A stretch of DNA of 59,163 nt from Bacteroidota bacterium (GCA_021824625.1 JAKAKE010000008.1:1-59163), one strand, 5' to 3'; numbered from the stretch's first letter, positions 19,846-28,683 are shown. Program-made: numbers and translations. The notes: generated by a model not told the origin, from the sequence alone.

Positions 19846-20745
19846 TTAATTCTTAAAAAAGATTGCTTTGAAAATCATTCCTGCCATTTTAGGATTTTCT
19901 TTCAGCCGTCTTGTCGAATAACCATACCAGTCCTTGCCGAATGGGACATATACTCTCAGCCTGTGTCCCTGCGAAAGAATTTCTTTTCTTTTTTCATCCC
20001 GCACCCCAAGAAGCATTTGAAACTCGTAGTCCTCTTTTTTGAGTTTAATTTTATCAATGTATTCACGTGCATCATTAATGAGCGGGTCATCATGTGTTGC
20101 GATGCCAATATAAAGGCCATTATCAATTATTAGCCTCAATAGCTTTTTATAATTGTTTCTGACATCCTCTTTTGCCTGATATGCAATCTCCGGCGATTCT
20201 CTATAGATACCCTTGCAGAGCCTTATTGAAGGGTTATAAGGTAGCAAATCTTTTATATCATTTTCACTCCTGAAAAGATAAGCCTGTATCACAACACCTA
20301 CATTATTCAAACCTTCTGCTCTCAGTCTTTTATATAGATTTAAAGTTTTTGTTGTGTAAGGTGAGTTTTCCATATCTAATCTTACGAATATATTAGACTC
20401 CGCCGCCTTTTTTATGATGAATGAAATATTATCGAATGCAAAATTTTCATCAATACCCAAGCCTAATGAAGTTGGTTTAACCGAGAGATAAGTATTAAGA
20501 TTGTTTTCTTTGATTGCATCCAAAACCCTTGAACTTTCTTCCTTTTCATGTAATGCACGTTCTTTTGTCGTTACAAATTCACCGAGAACATCAACCGTAG
20601 TCATTGCACCGCCGTTTGAGAGCAGTTCCTTTGAAACCCGCACTGCATCACTTAATTCATCACCTGCTATATATTTTTTTGCCACCTGATGGATAATACC
20701 TTTCGGAACAAGAGGCATCATCTTAACAATTATCTGATTAAACAT
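19846..20745 (-). CDS. Monofunctional proline dehydrogenase
   Basis: VDVLGE, RLDME, IQAYLFRS, RLCKGIY, IATHD and RVYVPFG..WYGYSTRRL.E motifs. Confidence 0.93.
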   Translation of the reverse strand: MFNQIIVKMMPLVPKGIIHQVAKKYIAGDELSDAVRVSKELLSNGGAMTTVDVLGEFVTTKERALHEKEESSRVLDAIKENNLNTYLSVKPTSLGLGIDENFAFDNISFIIKKAAESNIFVRLDMENSPYTTKTLNLYKRLRAEGLNNVGVVIQAYLFRSENDIKDLLPYNPSIRLCKGIYRESPEIAYQAKEDVRNNYKKLLRLIIDNGLYIGIATHDDPLINDAREYIDKIKLKKEDYEFQMLLGVRDEKRKEILSQGHRLRVYVPFGKDWYGYSTRRLKENPKMAGMIFKAIFFKN

Positions 20746-20779
20746 AGCTTAAAATTTTTATTAATTAATATTATAATAT

Positions 20780-21415
20780 TCAATTTGGATTAATAATTTT
20801 CAATTCTTCATTTTGCAATTTACATTTAACTTTTTCTTTTATTATTTCAAATATTTCTTCTTTTGTTTTTGCTCCGTCAATACTGACAATACGCTCCGGT
20901 TCTTCCTTAGCAATTTGTTTGTATCCTTCGATTACTCTATGAAAAAATGAATCACCTGATTTTTCAATTTTGTCAAGTTCCCTATGATTAGACCTTTCAT
21001 AAGAAATCTCAAGTGGAATATCCAAAAAGAATGTAACATCAGGTTTCACACCTGATATAGCTATCTCATTAGAAGCTTTAACAAAAGAAAGGTCAATAAG
21101 CCTGCCATACCCTTGATAGGCTGTTGTCGAATCATAAAATCTGTCAAGTATAACTATAGTACCCTTTTCGAGAGAAGGCTTAACTACTTTTTCAACTAAA
21201 TCAGTTCTTGCAGATTCGAAAAGGAATAATTCACTTTGTGGAGTAAGCCTATCTTTTGAATGAAGTAGTAAATCCCGAATTTTTTCGGAAAATTCTGTTC
21301 CTCCCGGCTCTCGTAATGTAAGTACATCCTTACCAATTTCCTTCATAAGAGCCGACAGAAGCCCTATTTGAGTTGTTTTCCCACAGCCGTCTATTCCTTC
21401 AAAAGTTATAAGCAT
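20780..21415 (-). CDS. tmk: Thymidylate kinase
   Basis: ITFEGIDGCGKTTQ, REPGGT and DRFYDSTTAYQG motifs. A TAACTTTG promoter element lies at 21445-21452 on the minus strand. Confidence 0.96.
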   Translation of the reverse strand: MLITFEGIDGCGKTTQIGLLSALMKEIGKDVLTLREPGGTEFSEKIRDLLLHSKDRLTPQSELFLFESARTDLVEKVVKPSLEKGTIVILDRFYDSTTAYQGYGRLIDLSFVKASNEIAISGVKPDVTFFLDIPLEISYERSNHRELDKIEKSGDSFFHRVIEGYKQIAKEEPERIVSIDGAKTKEEIFEIIKEKVKCKLQNEELKIINPN

Positions 21416-21550
21416 ATTTCGATAATCAAGCAATAATCAAACTACAAAGTTATGATTTTTTTCAGAGATAATTGATATTGTGTAAATGAATATTTATTTG
21501 AATTGGTTATTTGATAATTAGTTTTAATGAATTAATTATTTTGAATAGTA

Positions 21551-21648
21551 TTAACTAATTCCTTCTACAATAATAACAAACTCTCCCTTTATCGAATATT
21601 TGCTTTGTAGTTTCTGCTTATATTCTTCGAGTGTGCCCCGGATGTATT
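21551..21648 (-). pseudogene. Displaced second copy of the rsmI 3' end
   Basis: Reads YIRGTLEEYKQKLQSKYSIKGEFVIIVEGIS*; 21576-21648 matches 22223-22295 at 66/73 nt. Confidence 0.9.
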
Positions 21649-21673
21649 TCTGAAATACAAATTGAAAAATTAG

Positions 21674-21925
21674 CTAAGCAATTACTAAATCCTTTTTCGG
21701 TTTCTTGTTTAATTTAAGACTCACGAACTCGGCATATTTTACCATGGAATTAGGTATTTCCATGCCTTCTTCGAGTAACCCTTCAATATGGAATTCAAGT
21801 GCCTCTTTCATATTTTCTTCTGTACTTTTTTTTGTGTTACCAGTAGCTATGCACCCGGGTACATCCGGAGAGTATGCTGAATATCCTGTCTTTGTTTTTT
21901 CGATTATTATTAAGTATTTATTCAT
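21674..21925 (-). CDS. hicB: HicB-family antitoxin
   Basis: YLIIIEK...YSAYSPDVPGCIATG.T......MKEALEFHIEGL..EG..IP. Confidence 0.92.
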   Translation of the reverse strand: MNKYLIIIEKTKTGYSAYSPDVPGCIATGNTKKSTEENMKEALEFHIEGLLEEGMEIPNSMVKYAEFVSLKLNKKPKKDLVIA

Positions 21926-22109
21926 TACTAATTCCTGATTGTTTCATTATGCTTTTCAAGGTTCCAATGGCAATATCATCATTTATTTTGCCTGATACAG
22001 TAACCAACCCTTTTTTTTTGTTATGTTTTTATTGACGATGGCTTCCTCTAATTCTTTTTAAGTACCATCCATCTTTTTCAATGAGTCTGATTATTTCTCT
22101 TACTTTCAT
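21918..22109 (-). pseudogene. hicA: HicA-family toxin with an in-frame nonsense codon (absent from the ORF track)
   Basis: Manual translation gives MKVREIIRLIEKDGWYLKRIRGSHRQ*KHNKKKGLVTVSGKINDDIAIGTLKSIMKQSGISNE*, with TAA at 22029-22031. Confidence 0.9.
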
Positions 22110-22194
22110 TAAAATATTTCAAATTTGTATTTTTGAAGTTAATGAAAATAACTAAATTTTGAAAATAAAATTAGTTAATGGTAAATTTTTTACT

Positions 22195-22878
22195 TTACTT
22201 ATCTATGCTTCTTAATATCACCACAAACTCTCCCTTAATCGAAGATTTGCTTTGTAGTTTCTGCTTACATTCTTCGAGAGTACCTCGAATGTATTCTTCA
22301 TATACTTTGCTGATTTCACGTGCTATGCAGGCTTGACGCTGTGAGCCGCAAAGTTCAATTAACTCATCAATGAGTTTCAGAATTTTATAAGGTGATTCAT
22401 ATAATATGGATGTGGCTTTTTGTGAAGCTACTTCCCGCATGAATGTTTTTCTTCCTTTTTTAGCGGGAGGAAAGCCATAGAAGTGAAATTCATTAACAGG
22501 CAATCCGCTGGCTACCAGTGCGGGTATAAATGCTGTTGGACCCGGAAGTGATATAATCTTGATATTATTTTCGATTGCTTTTTTAATTATTCTGTAGCCC
22601 GGGTCTGAAATGCCGGGTGTTCCTGCATTAGTAACGAGTGCCACAGACTTTCCTGACAGAACCTCATTGACAAGAATAGCCGATTTAGATTCTTCATTAT
22701 GTTCGTGGTAGCTCTCAAGCTTTTTATGAGGTATATTGAGTGTTTTAAGCATTATACCTGTATGTCTTGTGTCCTCACAAGCAATTATATCGGCTGAGGA
22801 GAGGATTTTCATAGCACGGATTGTTATATCATCCAAATTCCCAATAGGAGTAGGAACTATAAATAATCCTATTTCCAA
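22195..22878 (-). CDS. rsmI: 16S rRNA C1402 2'-O-methyltransferase
   Basis: VPTPIGNLDDIT.RA, CEDTR, AGTPGISDPG, YESPY and AREISK motifs. The start is uncertain (TTG 22878 or ATG 22914). Confidence 0.93.
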   Translation of the reverse strand: MEIGLFIVPTPIGNLDDITIRAMKILSSADIIACEDTRHTGIMLKTLNIPHKKLESYHEHNEESKSAILVNEVLSGKSVALVTNAGTPGISDPGYRIIKKAIENNIKIISLPGPTAFIPALVASGLPVNEFHFYGFPPAKKGRKTFMREVASQKATSILYESPYKILKLIDELIELCGSQRQACIAREISKVYEEYIRGTLEECKQKLQSKSSIKGEFVVILRSIDK

Positions 22879-22903
22879 ATTAGTAATTACGATTTCCAAA
22901 TTC

Positions 22904-23380
22904 CTATTTCCCATTTCCCTTTTTCCTCAGCTTTTTAAAGAAATCTTTCAACAATTGAGAACATTCCTCTTCCAATACACCTTTTACAACTTCACACCTG
23001 TGGTTAAGCCGCTTATCTTGAACTATGTTATATAATGAGCCACAAGCTCCTGCTTTTGTGTCTGATGCTCCATATACAATTTTTTTTATTCTTGTTAATA
23101 CAATGGAACCTGAACACATAGAACATGGTTCTAAAGTAACATATAAAATCGCATTTATTAAATGTTTATAATTTATATGTTTAATCGCTTTTTTTATTGC
23201 AATTTTTTCAGCATGAGCAGTTGGGTCACTTAGCTTCTCAACCTGATTATATCCTCTTCCAATAATTTCATTATTGAGAACAATAACAGCACCAATCGGA
23301 ACATCTTCATACTTCGAGCATTTCTTAGCTTCCTTCAAAGCTTCTTTCATAAAGTGAGTATGTTTATTATTTTTATTCAT
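22904..23380 (-). CDS. tadA: tRNA adenosine(34) deaminase
   Basis: VPIGAVIV, DPTAHAE, YVTLEPCSMC and GACGS motifs. The start was moved out of the palindromic element. Confidence 0.92.
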   Translation of the reverse strand: MNKNNKHTHFMKEALKEAKKCSKYEDVPIGAVIVLNNEIIGRGYNQVEKLSDPTAHAEKIAIKKAIKHINYKHLINAILYVTLEPCSMCSGSIVLTRIKKIVYGASDTKAGACGSLYNIVQDKRLNHRCEVVKGVLEEECSQLLKDFFKKLRKKGNGK

Positions 23381-23394
23381 TTTTTTTCCTTTAC

Positions 23395-23465
23395 TGTCAT
23401 GCTGAACTCGGTTCAGCATCCAGTTTTATTTGGTTTATGGATTCTGAACCAAGTTCAGAATGACA
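23395..23465. repeat. Intergenic nested palindromic element
   Basis: TGTCATGCTGAACTCGGTTCAGCATCCA-N15-TGGATTCTGAACCAAGTTCAGAATGACA has 28-bp arms (25/28 complementary), and each arm is itself a hairpin. Confidence 0.85.
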
Positions 23466-23490
23466 AAATCCATTTCCAAATTCCTATTTC

Positions 23491-24675
23491 CTATTTAAAC
23501 TTTCTCAAATTCTTTGCACCTGCAATCAATGTTTCATTGCTTTTTGCAAAGCAGAGGCGAAGCATTGATTTTCCTTCATCTGATTTTCCATAAAATACTG
23601 ATGGAGGAATAGTAGCAATTTTATAATTTTTCACAAGATTGATTGCAATCTCTTCATCATTAACCATGTCAGGAGTTACTCCTGACATGATATTTAATTT
23701 AGGTATGTCCACCATCATAAAATAACTACCTTTTGGTTTGTGAGCAGAAAAGGATGTTGATACCAATTCTTTCAGGAGCAAATCCCGCCGTTCAAGATAT
23801 TCCTTTTTAAACGCAGGAAGATATTCATCCAATCTTGAGAATGCATTTGCTATCGCATGTTGTCCCGGTGTATTCACTGCAAAAGTTGTCCATTGATGTA
23901 CTTTTCTAATGGATTCAGTAATCTTATCAGATGCAATAGCCCAACCTATTTTCCAGCCGGTCATACTGAATGTTTTTCCTGCTGATGAAATAGTAATAGT
24001 CCTATCCTTCATCCCCTCTAATGTTGCAATTGGTATATGTTTAGCATTATCAAATGTCAAAAACTCGTACACTTCATCGCTTACAACCAGAAGATTGTGT
24101 TTTATAGCTAACTTAGAAATAAACTCTAATTCCTCAAAAGTATATACCTTTCCTGTCGGATTGTGAGGAGTATTTATCACAATTATTTTTGTTTTTTCTG
24201 TAATTGATTGTTCCAGTTCATCGAAATCGAAATTGAAATCAGGTTTTTTAAGCGTAACATACTTAGGGATTCCACCTGCAAGAATAACATCAGCCTGGTA
24301 TGAATCATAGAATGGCTCGAACATAATTACTTCATCACCTTCATTGATTAATGCCTGGAATGTTGAGTAAAGAGCCTCAGTTGCACCGGCAGTTATAGTT
24401 ATTTCGCTGTCGGGATTCCGATCCATTCCATAATATTTTTTCTGTATATCCGAAATTGCTTTTCTCAGAGATAAAATCCCCTGAGTGGGAGCATATTGGT
24501 TTTTTCCTTCTTTCATTGCTTTGAAGGCTTCTTCCATTAACCATAGAGGACCGTCGAAATCGGGGAATCCCTGTCCGAGATTGACTGCATTGTTCTCGAA
24601 TGCAAGCCTGCTCATTGTGGAGAAGATTGAGGTTCCCATCCCTTTTATTCTATTCGCTGAAAATTCTTTGTTCAT
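23491..24675 (-). CDS. Class I/II PLP aminotransferase (YbdL/methionine aminotransferase-like)
   Basis: NLGQGFPDF, GATEA, NTPHNPTGKV, SDEVYE and SAGKTFSMTGWKIG motifs. Confidence 0.9.
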   Translation of the reverse strand: MNKEFSANRIKGMGTSIFSTMSRLAFENNAVNLGQGFPDFDGPLWLMEEAFKAMKEGKNQYAPTQGILSLRKAISDIQKKYYGMDRNPDSEITITAGATEALYSTFQALINEGDEVIMFEPFYDSYQADVILAGGIPKYVTLKKPDFNFDFDELEQSITEKTKIIVINTPHNPTGKVYTFEELEFISKLAIKHNLLVVSDEVYEFLTFDNAKHIPIATLEGMKDRTITISSAGKTFSMTGWKIGWAIASDKITESIRKVHQWTTFAVNTPGQHAIANAFSRLDEYLPAFKKEYLERRDLLLKELVSTSFSAHKPKGSYFMMVDIPKLNIMSGVTPDMVNDEEIAINLVKNYKIATIPPSVFYGKSDEGKSMLRLCFAKSNETLIAGAKNLRKFK

Positions 24676-24815
24676 TAATCTTATAGAAAATGAGTATCAT
24701 CATAAAAAAACTAAATTAGTGAAAAGTCGAACAACGGTAAAATTGAAAGTAATAAGGTATTTCTAATTTGATATACAAACCATTCAAAATTAAGTTTAAT
24801 CAAATTAAAGTCGTA

Positions 24816-24867
24816 CTTCGACAGGCTCAGCATAACAAACCGTAATGTCACTCTGAGTTTATCGAAG
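24816..24867. repeat. Intergenic imperfect inverted repeat (CTTCGAC..GCTCAG type)
   Basis: CTTCGACAGGCTCAGCATAAC-N10-GTCACTCTGAGTTTATCGAAG. Confidence 0.65.
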
Positions 24868-24976
24868 AGTGATAAGAAAATGTAAATGTTTTTACCAATA
24901 CCAGTAATAAAACTTTGAAATGACAAAATTAATTGCAATATTTGGGTATTATTTCATTAACAATCTTAAGTCTGCT

Positions 24977-26170
24977 ATGAAAATAATTTATTTAAAAATA
25001 GCTGCTATTCTAATATTAGCTTGTCTGTTTTACGGATGCTCCGAAACGACCGAGTCAACAAATGCAAATAAAAGATATATTTATTATTCTATGAGCGTAT
25101 CTGACGGAGCTACGAGTGCAGAAGCCGGTTTATATAGATATGATGTTTCCAGTGGCGAAACAGTAAGATTGGCTAATAATTCGGTTATTCATGTAACAGG
25201 TGTATCAAAGGATGGTACAATAGGATTTGAATATGAAGGTTTGGAAAAATTACGTTGGAAATATAATCTTGAATTGGGAAGTGTCCCAATTTCATATCCT
25301 GTATCTTTTGAGGATAATTATAATTATTGGATTTATGATTTACCATATTTTACCAATTCGTATAATGGAAATCACTTTGTGTATTTTGTTGGATACAGAC
25401 ATGTCGAAACATCGGATAAATATAAGGATAAACCAAAACTTGTCATTTTAGATTATTTGCATTCTTCATCAAAAATAATCGAAATTGATGAAATTAGTAA
25501 GTCATTTATAAATGATACAAGTATTGATGGTGTACAACTATTTAATGATTATATATTAACAAGTAATGATGGCAAGAGTGTATGGTTTTTAATGAATAGT
25601 TTTGAATTTTCAGGACATGATGACGTAGGATTTATGGCAATAAGTGATTTTATGCTTTTAGAATTTAATAATGATAAAATAGTTCCTATTATCAAACCTG
25701 ATTATAGAATTAAACAGATTTTAGGAGCAGATTATCCTAATGAAAGAATTTTGGTATTAATAGTATCTTTGATAGATTCAACAATATTTGCATATAATGA
25801 AACTGATTCAATACCTGTGAATATTCCTTATGAAAATTTCAGTAATCCCGAGCAATTTGCAAAAGAGAAATCAGAAATGGCAGGGTGGAGCGACGATGGT
25901 ATAGCCATTTATGATTTGACAACAATGACAATTAGGCAAAATGTAATTAGTTGGGGTAGGATTGATTCACTCTATCCAGGATTAGCTCACCAAAAGAATA
26001 AAAGGCTTTCTTTTTCTCCTGACGGTGAGTATATCACTTTTGCTTTACCCAAAATCAATGAATTGAATAATTTTGATTTATTTATTGTCAAAAGTGATGG
26101 TTCTGAATTCAAAAGGATATTGAAGAATGCACCTGTTGGAATACCTGTAATATCAAGTGTGATTGAATAG
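24977..26170 (+). CDS. Lipoprotein with TolB/PD40-like beta-propeller motifs
   Basis: LFYGC lipobox; SFSPDGEYITF...DLFIVKSDGS motif. Confidence 0.65.
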   Translation: MKIIYLKIAAILILACLFYGCSETTESTNANKRYIYYSMSVSDGATSAEAGLYRYDVSSGETVRLANNSVIHVTGVSKDGTIGFEYEGLEKLRWKYNLELGSVPISYPVSFEDNYNYWIYDLPYFTNSYNGNHFVYFVGYRHVETSDKYKDKPKLVILDYLHSSSKIIEIDEISKSFINDTSIDGVQLFNDYILTSNDGKSVWFLMNSFEFSGHDDVGFMAISDFMLLEFNNDKIVPIIKPDYRIKQILGADYPNERILVLIVSLIDSTIFAYNETDSIPVNIPYENFSNPEQFAKEKSEMAGWSDDGIAIYDLTTMTIRQNVISWGRIDSLYPGLAHQKNKRLSFSPDGEYITFALPKINELNNFDLFIVKSDGSEFKRILKNAPVGIPVISSVIE

Positions 26171-26204
26171 TGAAAAATGAAAATTAAATAAATTTTGGTG
26201 TCTT

Positions 26205-27710
26205 ATGAAAAAAGTTATTTTAATACTTCTTTCAGTTTATAATATTAGTTTATTTGCTAATATTCTTAATGTTGGAGCGGGTTTTACTTATTCTACATTG
26301 TCTGATGCGGCTCAGGTTGCACAGCCGGGAGATACTATTTTAGTCAGGAATGTCGTTCAGGATGATACTCAATTTATTTCGGAATTGAAAGGTACACAGG
26401 AAAACTGGATTTACATTCTCGCTACCGATGAACAGGAAATACTATATGACGGCAACTCAGAAGCGTGGCACCTAAGCGATTGTGAATATCTTTATATACA
26501 TGGCTTTAATTTTGAAAACCAAACCGGTAATGGAGTGAACATTGACGATGGAGGGACTTTCGATTCTCCTTCACACCATATAAATATCGAAAATTGCCAA
26601 TGGAGAGTGATGAATGCAAGCGGTAACAATGACCAATTAAAAATGTCGGGAGTTGATGATTTTGTTATTCGTAATTGCAATTTTTCACGTGGTTCTGCAG
26701 GTGGAAGCATGGTTGATATGGTCGGATGCCACAATGGAAGATTTTATGATAATTATTTTTATAATGCAGGTTCAAATGCCATTCAGGCAAAGGGAGGCTC
26801 TAAGGATATCCGGATTGAAAGAAATTGGTTTACTGAAGCAGGGCAGAGGGCTATTAATATTGGAGGCTCGACGGGTATTCAATTTTTCAGACCACAGGGA
26901 ATAAATTATGAATCATCTAATATCTATGTTCATTCTAATATTTTCGTGGGTTCTCAGGCTCCGATTGCATTTGTTGGCACTGTTAATTCTGAAGTCATAA
27001 ACAATACAATAATAAATCCCGGCAAATGGGCGATTCGCATTTTGCAGGAAACAGTTGATAGTATGCTGGAATGTTCAAATAATATTTTCAGGAATAATAT
27101 CGTTTACATACAGGACGTTGCTTCAAATCCAACTATTAATATTGGTCCGAATACACTTCCCGAAACATTTGAATTTAGTAATAACCTGTGGTATAACCGG
27201 CAAAATCCTTCATGGCAGGGGCCCAACCTTCCTGTTGCTGAAACAGATGGAATCATTGGACAAGACCCGCTTTTCGTGGATTATGCAAATTACGGATATG
27301 AATTAAAACCAGGTTCACCTGCAATAGGTAAGGGCAAGGGACCTGTAACATGGAAAGATTTTCATAATAACGATTATAAGAATCCGCCTTCTCTTGGTGC
27401 TTATGAAGACACATCAACAACCGATGTCGAGGTATTTATTTATGAGAATAATTATTTTATTATTTCTCCAAATCCTGTGAATGGCTCTTTCAAAATTTCT
27501 TTTAATTTGCTCAAATATGATGATGTCAAAATATCAATCCTTGATATGCATGGTGAAGAAACTGTTGTTTGGGAACAGGGATTGGGGGCTGGGGAATATA
27601 ATATTGAGTGCAGTTCATCTCAATTAGCTGAATTATCGAAAGGAATTTATTTTGTGAAGATAATGACAAGTGATGGTGTTAGAGTTAAGAAAATAATTTT
27701 GTTGAGATAA
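26205..27710 (+). CDS. Secreted right-handed beta-helix (pectin-lyase-like) protein with a T9SS CTD
   Basis: Signal peptide, AQPGDTILV, repeated I.N..F rungs, and C-terminal ISPNPV...LSKGIYFVKI. Confidence 0.82.
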   Translation: MKKVILILLSVYNISLFANILNVGAGFTYSTLSDAAQVAQPGDTILVRNVVQDDTQFISELKGTQENWIYILATDEQEILYDGNSEAWHLSDCEYLYIHGFNFENQTGNGVNIDDGGTFDSPSHHINIENCQWRVMNASGNNDQLKMSGVDDFVIRNCNFSRGSAGGSMVDMVGCHNGRFYDNYFYNAGSNAIQAKGGSKDIRIERNWFTEAGQRAINIGGSTGIQFFRPQGINYESSNIYVHSNIFVGSQAPIAFVGTVNSEVINNTIINPGKWAIRILQETVDSMLECSNNIFRNNIVYIQDVASNPTINIGPNTLPETFEFSNNLWYNRQNPSWQGPNLPVAETDGIIGQDPLFVDYANYGYELKPGSPAIGKGKGPVTWKDFHNNDYKNPPSLGAYEDTSTTDVEVFIYENNYFIISPNPVNGSFKISFNLLKYDDVKISILDMHGEETVVWEQGLGAGEYNIECSSSQLAELSKGIYFVKIMTSDGVRVKKIILLR

Positions 27711-27776
27711 AGATTAAATTCTCCAATAAAAATTTTAAAACGACGTAACTTAAATTAAAATTAATTGATTAATAAC

Positions 27777-27811
27777 AACCCCTGAATCCCCCCCTTTGAT
27801 AAGGGGGAATT
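27777..27811. repeat. REP-like hairpin element, CCCCCTTT family, locus b
   Basis: AACCCCTGAATCCCCCCCTTTGATAAGGGGGAATT, between convergent genes. Confidence 0.8.
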
Positions 27812-27827
27812 ATAGGAGTAATTAAAA

Positions 27828-28598
27828 TCAAAATCCAATAGCTTTTGATTCAATATCGAAATATTTTTCTAAATCATCATGATAATTATTGATGAATCTT
27901 TTTGTTAACTTCAATACATTCGGGTCGAGACAGCATAAATTCTTTGCTGACTGAACGCAAAGCTTTTCAAAATCTTCGTTTGGAATAATTTCATTGACTA
28001 TGCCACTTGTTAAAGCTTGTTCTGAGTTAATATCACGACATGTATATAATATTTCAGTAGCCTTGCTTTGTCCTACAAATCGTGGCAGGAAGAAAGGGAG
28101 TGCACCGGTCGGGTGCATTCCATATTTATTGTGATTCAATACAAAGCGAAGGTCTTCGGCAGCAAAGCGGAAGTCTGCACAGAGGCTCATTCCGAAGAAT
28201 GGAGTTACTATATTTCCCTGCAAACCCTGTATGAACAGCTTTTTATATTCGACCATTTTCATGATGAAATTTCGGAAAGTATTCATCTGCCTCGCACGTA
28301 TCAGTTTCTTTTCTGTTGTTATATGATTTTGTGAGAATGAATCTTCTCCAGTCTGCAATCCGAGCATGAAATTATCATAAGCTGTCTCATCAAAAGCACC
28401 TTCGTCATTAAGTATCAAAAGACAGTTGATTACCGGGTCTTCTTCAAGCCATTCACAAACTGAAAGAACCTGACCGCTTTTTTCCATATTGGATAAGGTT
28501 TCAAACGTATTGCTGTGAAATACCATCACAGCCACATTAACATCAGTATAAAATCTAATTTCATCATTTTGAAAAGCAAATCCTTTTTCTTTACTCAT
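27828..28598 (-). CDS. Divergent enoyl-CoA hydratase/isomerase (crotonase) family protein
   Basis: GMSLCADFRFAAED, FFLPRFVG..KA.EIL and AL..GIVNEI motifs. Confidence 0.78.
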   Translation of the reverse strand: MSKEKGFAFQNDEIRFYTDVNVAVMVFHSNTFETLSNMEKSGQVLSVCEWLEEDPVINCLLILNDEGAFDETAYDNFMLGLQTGEDSFSQNHITTEKKLIRARQMNTFRNFIMKMVEYKKLFIQGLQGNIVTPFFGMSLCADFRFAAEDLRFVLNHNKYGMHPTGALPFFLPRFVGQSKATEILYTCRDINSEQALTSGIVNEIIPNEDFEKLCVQSAKNLCCLDPNVLKLTKRFINNYHDDLEKYFDIESKAIGF

Positions 28599-28614
28599 TT
28601 TATTTTCTCCTTTT

Positions 28615-28683
28615 CTGATATATAATCCCTACGGAATAAGAGCCGGTAAGGATTTTCTTAACTACTGATATATAATCCCTACG
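28615..28683. repeat. 19-bp perfect direct repeat pair
   Basis: CTGATATATAATCCCTACG at 28615 and 28665. Confidence 0.9.

Larger units (their letters stand above)
21576..22295. mobile_element. hicAB mini-cassette integrated at the rsmI 3' end, 647-bp unit
   Basis: 73-bp direct repeats of rsmI coding sequence bracket hicA and hicB only. Confidence 0.7.

Noticed and set aside
22011-22019. Phase variation at the A9 tract in hicA
   Set aside because: The tract is in frame; inactivation is due to the upstream point nonsense codon.
22149-22177. Inverted repeat upstream of hicA as a HicB operator or terminator
   Set aside because: The arms are almost entirely A/T and cannot be distinguished from chance without comparative data.
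21576-22295. DGR template/variable repeat at the rsmI C-terminus
   Set aside because: Only 4 of 7 mismatches are at adenines of the putative template, and no RT or accessory gene is present.
23354-23593. 79-aa ORF on the + strand
   Set aside because: It is antisense to tadA and the aminotransferase, and its middle is a translation of the palindromic element.
24711-24938. 75-aa ORF on the - strand
   Set aside because: Its core (FDKLRVT...VMLSLSK) is the translated inverted repeat, and it has no protein-family features.
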